From the human T2T-CHM13v2.0 reference genome, Homo sapiens: a stretch of DNA of 64,000 nucleotides. The notes beneath the pieces are model-generated. The model made no database searches. It was given only the letters and a program-made list of their open reading frames with translations, and had not been told where the DNA came from. The translations under genes were made by a program, and so were the position numbers. This document shows positions 1 through 11,028 of the stretch, piece by piece (position 1 is the first letter of the stretch; every line of letters begins with the position of its first letter). The stretch lies in NCBI RefSeq assembly GCF_009914755.1, contig NC_060934.1. The stretch is one strand, 5' to 3'.

Positions 1-132
1 CAGAATCATTCTCAACAACTACTTTGTGATGTGTGCGTTCAACTCACAAAGTTTAACCTTTCTTTTCATAGAGCAGTTTGGAAACACGCTGTTTGTAAAG
101 CCTGCAAGTGCTTTTTTGGACTTCATTGAGGC

Positions 133-149
133 CTTCGTTGGAAACGGGA
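133..149 (+). promoter_or_regulatory. CENP-B box, intact (A dimer; representative of the position repeated every ~340 bp)
   Basis: CTTCGTTGGAAACGGGA is an exact match to YTTCGTTGGAARCGGGA. Confidence 0.97.
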
Positions 150-472
150 TTTCTTCATATAATGCTAGACAGAAGAATTCTCAGTAAATCATTTGTGTTG
201 CGTTTATTCAACTCACAGAGTGGAACCTTCCTTTATTCAGAGCAGTTTTGAAACACTCTTTTTGTGGAATTTGCAAGTGGAGATTTCAAGCGATTTGACG
301 CCAATCTTAGACATGGAAATATCTTCATATTAAAAGTACACAGAATCATTCGTAGAAACTAGTTTGTGATGTGTGCCTTCAACTCACAGAGTTTAACCTT
401 TCTTTTCATAGAGCAGTTCGGAAACACTCTATTTGTAAAGTCTGCAAGTGGATATTTGGACCTCTTTGAGGC

Positions 473-489
473 CATCGTTGGAAAAGGGA
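473..489 (+). promoter_or_regulatory. Degenerate CENP-B box (C' dimer), predicted non-binding
   Basis: CATCGTTGGAAAAGGGA has substitutions in both core elements (TTCG->ATCG, CGGG->AGGG) of NTTCGNNNNANNCGGGN. Confidence 0.88.
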
Positions 490-810
490 TTTCTTCATAT
501 AACGCTAGACAGAAGAATTTTCAGTAACTTCTTTGTGTTGTGTGTATTCAACTCACAGAGTTCAACTTTTCTTTAGAGAGAGCAGGGTTGAAACACTCTT
601 TTTGTGGAATTTGCTAGTGCAGATTTCAAACGCTTCGAAGACAGTGATAGCAAAGGATATATCTTCGTATTAAAACTAGACAAAATCATTCTCAGAAAAC
701 ACTTTGTGATGTGTGTGTTCAACTCACAGAGTTTAACCTTTCTTTAATCGAGCAGTTTGGAAATACACTCTTTGTAAGTCTGCAGGTGGATAATTGGCCC
801 TCTTTGAGCC

Positions 811-827
811 CTTCGTTGGAAACGGGA
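811..827 (+). promoter_or_regulatory. CENP-B box, intact (D dimer representative)
   Basis: CTTCGTTGGAAACGGGA preceded by the D-specific TTGAGCC. Confidence 0.95.
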
Positions 828-979
828 TTTCCTCATATAATGCTAGACAGAAGAATTCTCAGTAACTTCTTTGTGTTGTTTGTATTCAACTCACAGATTT
901 GAACCTTCCTTTAGAGAGAGCAGATTTGAAACACTCTGTTTTTGGAATTTGCAAGTGCAGATTTCAAGCGCTTCTAGGC

Positions 980-996
980 CTATGGCAGAAAAGGAA
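980..996 (+). promoter_or_regulatory. pJ-alpha/A-box-like motif in the non-CENP-B-box monomer of dimer A (representative)
   Basis: CTATGGCAGAAAAGGAA lies at the position homologous to the CENP-B box and differs at two positions from the A-type motif CTAYGGTGRAAAAGGAA as I recall it. Confidence 0.6.
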
Positions 997-1490
997 ATAT
1001 CTTCGTATAAAAACTACACAGAATCATTCTCAACAACTACTTTGTGATGTGTGCGTTCAACTCCCAGAGTTTAACCTTTCTTTTCATAGAGCAGTTTGGA
1101 AACACTCTGTTTGTAAAGCCTGCAAGTGCTTTTTTGGACTTCATTGAGGCCTTCGTTGGAAACGGGATTTCTTCATATAATGCTAGACAGAAGAATTCTC
1201 AGTCACTTCTTTGTGTTGTGTGTATTCAAGTCACAGAGTTGAACCTTCTTTTAGACAGAGCAGTTTTGAAAAATTCTTTCTGTGGAATTTGCAATTGGAG
1301 ATTTTAAGAGATTTGAGGCTAATCTTTGAAATGGAAATATCTTCGTGTAAAAACTACACAGAATCATTCTCAGAAACTGCTTTGTTATCTGTGCGTTCAG
1401 TTCACAGAGTTTCACCTTTCTCTTCATAGAGCAGTTTGGAAAGACTCTGTCTGTAAAGTCTGCAAGTGATTAGTTAGACCCCTTTGAGGC

Positions 1491-1507
1491 CTTCGTTGGA
1501 AGCGGGA
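1491..1507 (+). promoter_or_regulatory. CENP-B box, intact (B dimer representative)
   Basis: CTTCGTTGGAAGCGGGA matches the consensus with R=G. Confidence 0.95.
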
Positions 1508-1829
1508 TTTCTCATTTACTGCTAGACAGAAGAATTCTCAGTAAATCCTTTGTGTTGTGTGTATTCAACTCACAGAGTGGAACCTTCCTTTATTCAGAGC
1601 AGTTTTGAAAAACACTTTTTGTGGAATTTGCAAGTGGAGATTTCAAGCGATTTGATGCCAATCTTAGACATGGAAATATCTTCATATTAAAAGTACACAG
1701 AGTCATTCGTAGAAACTAGTTTGTGATGTGTGCCTTCAACTCACAGAGTTTAACCTTTCTTTTCATAGAGCAGTTGGGAAACACTCTATTTGTAAAGTCT
1801 GCAAGTGGATATTTGGACCTCTTTGAGGC

Positions 1830-1846
1830 CTTCGTTGGAAATGGGA
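1830..1846 (+). promoter_or_regulatory. Degenerate CENP-B box (C dimer of the 12-mer lineage), predicted non-binding
   Basis: CTTCGTTGGAAATGGGA has a CpG->TpG change in the core CGGG. Confidence 0.88.
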
Positions 1847-4800
1847 TTTCTTCATACAACACTAGACAGAAGAATTCTCAGTAACTTCTTTGTGTTGTGT
1901 GTATTCAACTCACAGAGTTGAACCTTTCTTTAGAGAGAGCAGAGTTGAAACACTCTGTTTTTGGAATTTGCAAGTGCAGATTTCAAGCGATTCTAGGCCT
2001 ATGGCAGGAAAGGAAATATCTTCATATAAAAACTACACAGAATCATTCTCAACAACTACTTTGTGATGTGTGCGTTCAACTCACAAAGTTTAACCTTTCT
2101 TTTCATAGAGCAGTTTGGAAACACGCTGTTTTTAAAGCCTGCAAGTGCTTTTTTGGACTTCATTGAGGCCTTCGTTGGAAACGGGATTTCTTCATATAAT
2201 GCTAGACAGAAGAATTCTCAGTAAATCATTTGTGTTGCGTTTATTCAACTCACAGAGTGGAACCTTCCTTTATTCAGAGCAGTTTTGAAACACTCTTTTT
2301 GTGGAATTTGCAAGTGGAGATTTCAAGCGATTTGACGCCAATCTTAGACATGGAAATATCTTCATATTAAAAGTACACAGAATCATTCGTAGAAACTAGT
2401 TTGTGATGTGTGCCTTCAACTCACAGAGTTTAACCTTTCTTTTCATAGAGCAGTTCGGAAACACTCTATTTGTAAAGTCTGCAAGTGGATATTTGGACCT
2501 CTTTGAGGCCATCGTTGGAAAAGGGATTTCTTCATATAACGCTAGACAGAAGAATTTTCAGTAACTTCTTTGTGTTGTGTGTATTCAACTCACAGAGTTC
2601 AACTTTTCTTTAGAGAGAGCAGAGTTGAAACACTCTTTTTGTGGAATTTGCTAGTGCAGATTTCAAACGCTTCGAAGACAGTGATAGCAAAGGATATATC
2701 TTCGTATTAAAACTAGACAAAATCATTCTCAGAAAACACTTTGTGATGTGTGTGTTCAACTCACAGAGTTTAACCTTTCTTTAATCGAGCAGTTTGGAAA
2801 TACACTCTTTGTAAGTCTGCAGGTGGATAATTGGCCCTCTTTGAGCCCTTCGTTGGAAACGGGATTTCCTCATATAATGCTAGACAGAAGAATTCTCAGT
2901 AACTTCTTTGTGTTGTTTGTATTCAACTCACAGATTTGAACCTTCCTTTAGAGAGAGCAGATTTGAAACACTCTGTTTTTGGAATTTGCAAGTGCAGATT
3001 TCAAGCGCTTCTAGGCCTATGGCAGAAAAGGAAATATCTTCGTATAAAAACTACACAGAATCATTCTCAACAACTACTTTGTGATGTGTGCGTTCAACTC
3101 CCAGAGTTTAACCTTTCTTTTCATAGAGCAGTTTGGAAACACTCTGTTTGTAAAGCCTGCAAGTGCTTTTTTGGACTTCATTGAGGCCTTCGTTGGAAAC
3201 GGGATTTCTTCATATAATGCTAGACAGAAGAATTCTCAGTCACTTCTTTGTGTTGTGTGTATTCAAGTCACAGAGTTGAACCTTCCTTTAGACAGAGTAG
3301 TTTTGAAAAATTCTTTCTGTGGAGTTTGCAAGTGGAGATTTCAAGCGAATTGAGGCTAATCTTTGAAATGGAAATATCTTCGTGTAAAAACTATACAGAA
3401 GCATTCTCAGAAACTGCTTTGTCATCTGTGCGTTCAGTTCACAGAGTTTCACCTTTCTCTTCATAGAGCAGTTTGGAAAGACTCTGTCTTTAAAGTCTGC
3501 AAGTGATTAGTTAGACCCCTTTGAGGCCTTCGTTGGAAGCGGGACTTCTCATTTACTGCTAGACAGAAGAATTCTCAGTAAATCCTTTGTGTTGTGTGTA
3601 TTCAACTCACAGAGTGGAACCTTCCTTTATTCAGAGCAGTTTTGAAAAACACTTTTAGTGGAATTTGCAAGTGGAGATTTCAAGCGATTTGACGCCAATC
3701 TTAGACATGGAAATATCTTCATATTAAAAGTACACAGAGTCATTCGTAGAAACTAGTTTGTGATGTGTGCCTTCAACTCACAGTTTAACCTTTCTTTTCA
3801 TAGAGCAGTTGGGAAACACTCTATTTGTAAAGTCTGCAAGTGGATATTTGGACCTCTTTGAGACCTTCGTTGGAAACGGGATTTCTTCATATAACGCTAG
3901 ACAGAAGAATTCTCAGTAACTTCTTTGTGTTGTGTGTATTCAACTCACCGAGTTGAACCTTTCTTTAGAGATAGCAGAGTTGAAACACTCTTCTTGTGGA
4001 ATTTGCTAGTGTAGATTTCAAACGCTTCGAAGACAGTGATAGAAAAGGATATATCTTCGTATTAAAACTAGACAAAATCATTCTCAGAAAACACTTTGTG
4101 ATGTGTGTGTTCAACTCACAGAGTTTAACCTTTCTTTAATCGAGCAGTTTGGAAATACACTCTTTGTAAGTCTGCAGGTGTATAATTGGCCCTCTTTGAG
4201 CCCTTCGTTGGAAACGGGATTTCCTCATATAATGCTAGACAGAAGAATTCTCAGTAACTTCTTTGTGTTGTTTGTATTCAACTCACAGATTTGAACCTTC
4301 CTTTAGAGAGAGCAGATTTGAAACACTCTGTTTTTGGAATTTGCAAGTGCAGATTTAAAGCGCTTCTAGGCCTATGGCAGAAAAGGAAATATCTTCGTAT
4401 AAAAACTACACAGAATCATTCTCAACAACTACTTTGTGATGTGTGCGTTCAACTCACAGAGTTTAACCTTTCTTTTCATAGAGCAGTTTGGAAACACTCT
4501 GTTTGTAAAGCCTGCAAGTGCTTTTTTGGACTTCATTGAGGCCTTCGTTGGAAACGGGATTTCTTCATATAATGCTAGACAGAAGAATTCTCAGTAAGTC
4601 CTTTGTGTTGTGTTTATTCAACTCACAGAGTGGAACCTTCCTTTATTCAGAGCAGTTTTGAAACACTCCTTTTGTGGAATTTGCAAGTGGAGATTTCAAG
4701 CGATTTGACGCCAATCTTAGACATGGAAATATCTTCATATTAAAAGTACACAGAATCATTCGTAGAAACTAGTTTGTGTTGTGTGCCTTCAACTCACAGA

Positions 4801-7800
4801 GTTTAACCTTTCTTTTCATAGAGCAGTTCGGAAACATTCTATTTGTAAAGTCTGCAAGTGGATATTTGGAACTCTTTGAGGCCTTCGTTGGAAAAGGGAT
4901 TTCTTCATATAACGCTAGACAGAAGAATTCTCAGTAACTTCTTTGTGTTGTGTGTATTCAACTCACAGAGTTGAACCTTTCTTTAGAGAGAGCAGAGTTG
5001 AAACACTCTTTTTGTGGAATTTGCTAGTGCAGATTTCAAACGCTTCGAAGACAGTGATAGAAAAGGATATATCTTCGTATTAAAACTAGACAAAATCATT
5101 CTCAGAAAACACTTTGTGATGTGTGTGTTCAACTCACACAGTTTAACCTTTCTTTAATCGAGCAGTTTGGAAATACACTCTTTGTAAGTCTGCAGGTGGA
5201 TAATTGGCCCTCTTTGAGCCCTTCATTGGAAACGGGATTTCCTCATATAATGCTAGACAGAAGAATTCTCAGTAACTTCTTTGTGTTGTTTGTATTCAAC
5301 TCACAGATTTGAACCTTCCTTTAGAGAGAGCAGATTTGAAACACTCTGTTTTTGGAATTTGCAAGTGCAGATTTCAAGCGCTTCTAGGCCTATGGCAGAA
5401 AAGGAAATATCTTCGTATAAAAACTACACAGAATCATTCTCAACAACTACTTTGTGATGTGTGCGTTCAACTCACAGAGTTTAACCTTTCTTTTCATAGA
5501 GCAGTTTGGAAACACTCTGTTTGTAAAGCCTGCAAGTGCTTTTTTGGACTTCATTGAGGCCTTCGTTGGAAACGGGATTTCTTCATATAATGCTAGACAG
5601 AAGAATTCTCAGTCACTTCTTTGTGTTGTGTGTATTCAAGTCACAGAGTTGAACCTTCCTTTAGACAGAGCAGTTTTGAAAAATTCTTTCTGTGGAATTT
5701 GCAAGTGGAGATTTCAAGCGATTTGAGGCTAATCTTTGAAATGGAAATATCTTCGTGTAAAAACTACACAGAATCATTCTCAGAAACTGCTTTGTCATCT
5801 GTGCGTTCAGTTCACAGAGTTTCACCTTTCTCTTCATACAGCAGTTTGGAAAGACTCTGTCTGTAAAGTCTGCAAGTGATTAGTTAGACCCCTTTGAGGC
5901 CTTCGTTGGAAGCGGGATTTCTCATTTACTGCTAGACAGAAGAATTCTCAGTAAATCCTTTGTGTTGTGTGTATTCAACTCACAGAGTGGAACCTTCCTT
6001 TATTCAGAGCAGTTTTGAAACACTCTTTTTGTGGAATTTGCAAGTGGAGATTTCAAGCGATTTGACGCCAATCTTAGACATGGAAATATCTTCATATTAA
6101 AAGTACACAGAGTCATTCGTAGAAACTAGTTTGTGATGTGTGCCTTCAACTCACAGAGTTTAACCTTTCTTTTCATAGAGCAGTTGGGAAACACTCTATT
6201 TGTAAAGTCTGCAGGTGGATATTTGGACCTATTTGAGGCCTTCGTTGGAAACGGGATTTCTTCATATAACGCTAGACAGAAGAATTCTCAGTAACTTCTT
6301 TGTGTTGTGTGTATTCAACTCACAGAGTTGAACCTTTCTTTAGAGGGAGCACAGGTGAAACAGTCTTTTTGTGGAATTTGCCAGTGTAGATTTCAAACGC
6401 TTCGAAGTCAGTGATAGAAAAGGAGATATCTTCGTATTAAAAGTAGACAAAATCATTCTCAGAAAACTCTTTGTGATGTGTGTGTTCAACTCACAGAGTT
6501 TAACCTTTCTTTAATCGAGCAGTTTGGAAATACACTCTTTGTAAGTCTGCAGGTGGATATTTGGCCCTCTTTGAGCCCTTCTTTGGAAACGGGATTTCCT
6601 CTTATAATGCTAGACAGAAGAATTCTCAGTAACTTCTCTGTGTTGTTTGTATTCAACACACAGATTTGAACCTTCCTTTAGAGAGAGCAGATTTGAAACA
6701 CTCTGTTTTTGGAATTTGCAAGTGCAGATTTCAAGCACTTCTAGGCCTATGGCAGAAAAGGAAATATCTTCGTATAAAAACTACACAGAATCATTCTCAA
6801 CAACTACTTTGTGATGTGTGCGTTCAACTCACAGAGTTTAACCTTTCTTTTCATAGAGCAGTTTGGAAACACTCTGTTTGTAAAGCCTGCAAGTGCTTTT
6901 TTGGAGTTCATTGAGGCCTTCGTTGGAAAGGGGATTTCTTCATACAACGCTAGACAGAAGAATTCTCAGTTACTTCTTTGTGTTGTGTGTATTCAACTCA
7001 CAGAGTTGAACCTTTCTTTAGAGAGAGCAGAGTTGAAACACTCTGTTTTTGGAATTTGCAAGTGCAGATTTCAAGCGATTCTAGGCCTATGGCAGAAAAG
7101 GAAATATCTTCGTATAAAAACTACACAGAATCATTCTCAACAACTACTTTGTGATGTGTGCGTTCAACTCACAGAGTTTAAACTTTCTTTTCATAGAGCA
7201 GTTTGGAAACACTCTGTTTGTAAAGCCTGCAAGTGCTTTTTTGGACTTCATTGAGGCCTTCGTTGGAAACGGGATTTCTTCATATAATGCTAGACAGAAG
7301 AATTCTCAGTCACTTCTTTGTGTTGTGTGTATTCAAGTCACAGAGTTGAACCTTCTTTTAGACAGAGCAGTTTTGAAAAATTCTTTCTGTGGAATTTGCA
7401 ATTGGAGATTTTAAGAGATTTGAGGCTAATCTTTGAAATGGAAATATCTTCGTGTAAAAACTACACAGAATCATTCTCAGAAACTGCTTTGTTATCTGTG
7501 CGTTCAGTTCACAGAGTTTCACCTTTCTCTTCATAGAGCAGTTTGGAAAGACTCTGTAAAGTCTGCAAGTGATTAGTTAGACCCCATTGAGGCCTTCGTT
7601 GGAAGCGGGATTTCTCATTTACTGCTAGACAGAAGAATTCTCAGTAAATCCTTTGTGTTGTGTGTATTCAACTCACAGAGTGGAACCTTCCTTTATTCAG
7701 AGCAGTTTTGAAAAACACTTTTTGTGGAATTTGCAAGTGGAGATTTCAAGCGATTTGACGCCAATCTTAGACATGGAAATATCTTCATATTAAAAGTACA

Positions 7801-10800
7801 CAGAGTCATTCGTAGAAACTAGTTTGTGATGTGTGCCTTCAACTCACAGAGTTTAACCTTTCTTTTCAGAGAGCAGTTGGGAAACACTCTATTTGTAATG
7901 TCTGCAAGTGGATATTTGGACCTCTTTGAGGCCTTCGTTGGAAATGGGATTTCTTCATACAACACTAGACAGAAGAATTCTCAGTAACTTCTTTGTGTTG
8001 TGTGTATTCAACTCACAGAGTTGAACCTTTCTTTAGAGAGAGCAGAGTTGAAACACTCTGTTTTTGGAATTTGCAAGTGCAGATTTCAAGCGATTCTAGG
8101 CCTATGGCAGGAAAGGAAATATCTTCGTATAAAAACTACACAGAATCATTCTCAACAACTACTTTGTGATGTGTGCGTTCAACTCACAAAGTTTAACCTT
8201 TCTTTTCATACAGCAGTTTGGAAACACGCTGTTTGTAAAGCCTGCAAGTGCTTTTTTGGACTTCATTGAGGCCTTCGTTGGAAACGGGATTTCTTCATAT
8301 AATGCTAGACAGAAGAATTCTCAGTAAATCATTTGTGTTGCGTTTATTCAACTCACAGAGTGGAACCTTCCTTTATTCAGAGCAGTTTTGAAACACTCTT
8401 TTTGTGGAATTTGCAAGTGGAGATTTCAAGCGATTTGACGCCAATCTTAGACATGGAAATATCTTCATATTAAAAGTACACAGAATCATTCGTAGAAACT
8501 AGTTTGTGATGTGTGCCTTCAACTCACAGAGTTTAACCTTTCTTTTCATAGAGCAGTTCGGAAACACTCTATTTGTAAAGTCTGCAAGTGGATATTTGGA
8601 CCTCTTTGAGGCCATCGTTGGAAAAGGGATTTCTTCATATAACGCTAGACAGAAGAATTTTCAGTAACTTCTTTGTGTTGTGTGTATTCAACTCACAGAG
8701 TTCAACTTTTCTTTAGAGAGAGCAGGGTTGAAACACTCTTTTTGTGGAATTTGCTAGTGCAGATTTCAAACGCTTCGAAGACAGTGATAGCAAAGGATAT
8801 ATCTTCGTATTAAAACTAGACAAAATCATTCTCAGAAAACACTTTGTGATGTGTGTGTTCAACTCACAGAGTTTAACCTTTCTTTAATGAGCAGTTTGGA
8901 AATACACTCTTTGTAAGTCTGCAGGTGGATAATTGGCCCTCTTTGAGCCCTTCGTTGGAAACGGGATTTCCTCATATAATGCTAGACAGAAGAATTCTCA
9001 GTAACTTCTTTGTGTTGTTTGTATTCAACTCACAGATTTGAACCTTCCTTTAGAGAGAGCAGATTTGAAACACTCTGTTTTTGGAATTTGCAAGTGCAGA
9101 TTTCAAGCGCTTCTAGGCCTATGGCAGAAAAGGAAATATCTTCGTATAAAAACTACACAGAATCATTCTCAACAACTACTTTGTGATGTGTGCGTTCAAC
9201 TCCCAGAGTTTAACCTTTCTTTTCATAGAGCAGTTTGGAAACACTCTGTTTGTAAAGCCTGCAAGTGCTTTTTTGGACTTCATTGAGGCCTTCGTTGGAA
9301 ACGGGATTTCTTCATATAATGCTAGACAGAAGAATTCTCAGTCACTTCTTTGTGTTGTGTGTATTCAAGTCACAGAGTTGAACCTTCTTTTAGACAGAGC
9401 AGTTTTGAAAAATTCTTTCTGTGGAATTTGCAATTGGAGATTTTAAGAGATTTGAGGCTAATCTTTGAAATGGAAATATCTTCGTGTAAAAACTACACAG
9501 AATCATTCTCAGAAACTGCTTTGTTATCTGTGCGTTCAGTTCACAGAGTTTCACCTTTCTCTTCATAGAGCAGTTTGGAAAGACTCTGTCTGTAAAGTCT
9601 GCAAGTGATTAGTTAGACCCCTTTGAGGCCTTCGTTGGAAGCGGGATTTCTCATTTACTGCTAGACAGAAGAATTCTCAGTAAATCCTTTGTGTTGTGTG
9701 TATTCAACTCACAGAGTGGAACCTTCCTTTATTCAGAGCAGTTTTGAAAAACACTTTTTGTGGAATTTGCAAGTGGAGATTTCAAGCGATTTGACGCCAA
9801 TCTTAGACATGGAAATATCTTCATATTAAAAGTACACAGAGTCATTCGTAGAAACTAGTTTGTGATGTGTGCCTTCAACTCACAGAGTTTAACCTTTCTT
9901 TTCATAGAGCAGTTGGGAAACACTCTATTTGTAAAGTCTGCAAGTGGATATTTGGACCTCTTTGAGGCCTTCGTTGGAAATGGGATTTCTTCATACAACA
10001 CTAGACAGAAGAATTCTCAGTAACTTCTTTGTGTTGTGTGTATTCAACTCACAGAGTTGAACCTTTCTTTAGAGAGAGCAGAGTTGAAACACTCTGTTTT
10101 TGGAATTTGCAAGTGCAGATTTCAAGCGATTCTAGGCCTATGGCAGGAAAGGAAATATCTTCGTATAAAAACTACACAGAATCATTCTCAACAACTACTT
10201 TGTGATGTGTGCGTTCAACTCACAAAGTTTAACCTTTCTTTTCATAGAGCAGTTTGGAAACACGCTGTTTGTAAAGCCTGCAAGTGCTTTTTTGGACTTC
10301 ATTGAGGCCTTCGTTGGAAACGGGATTTCTTCATATAATGCTAGACAGAAGAATTCTCAGTAAATCATTTGTGTTGCGTTTATTCAACTCACAGAGTGGA
10401 ACCTTCCTTTATTCAGAGCAGTTTTGAAACACTCTTTTTGTGGAATTTGCAAGTGGAGATTTCAAGCGATTTGACGCCAATCTTAGACATGGAAATATCT
10501 TCATATTAAAAGTACACAGAATCATTCGTAGAAACTAGTTTGTGATGTGTGCCTTCAACTCACAGAGTTTAACCTTTCTTTTCATAGAGCAGTTCGGAAA
10601 CACTCTATTTGTAAAGTCTGCAAGTGGATATTTGGACCTCTTTGAGGCCATCGTTGGAAAAGGGATTTCTTCATATAACGCTAGACAGAAGAATTTTCAG
10701 TAACTTCTTTGTGTTGTGTGTATTCAACTCACAGAGTTCAACTTTTCTTTAGAGAGAGCAGAGTTGAAACACTCTTTTTGTGGAATTTGCTAGTGCAGAT

Positions 10801-11028
10801 TTCAAACGCTTCGAAGACAGTGATAGCAAAGGATATATCTTCGTATTAAAACTAGACAAAATCATTCTCAGAAAACACTTTGTGATGTGTGTGTTCAACT
10901 CACAGAGTTTAACCTTTCTTTAATCGAGCAGTTTGGAAATACACTCTTTGTAAGTCTGCAGGTGGATAATTGGCCCTCTTTGAGCCCTTCGTTGGAAACG
11001 GGATTTCCTCATATAATGCTAGACAGAA

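Larger units (their letters stand above)
853..2889 (+). repeat. 12-mer HOR variant A1-B-C-A2-C'-D (2037 bp); also at 8992-11028, 17475-19510, 42932-44968, 49380-51416
   Basis: Dimer order read from markers. The ORF track offset 711->2748 = 2037. Linked SNVs: GGCAGGAAAGG, ACACGCTG, TAAATCATTTGTGTTGCGTT, GCCATCGTT, GAATTTTC (EcoRI lost before D). Confidence 0.9.

Noticed and set aside
620-645. Short dyads and palindromes (TTCGAA, GAATTC, AGGCCT, ACTAGT, TTTTGAAAA) as cruciform or terminator signals
   Set aside because: The stems are too short and are a generic property of alpha satellite. I could not compute folding energies here.
836-841. TATAAT and other TATA-like motifs once per dimer
   Set aside because: These are intrinsic AT-rich satellite sequence. 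The sequence alone gives no support for promoter function.
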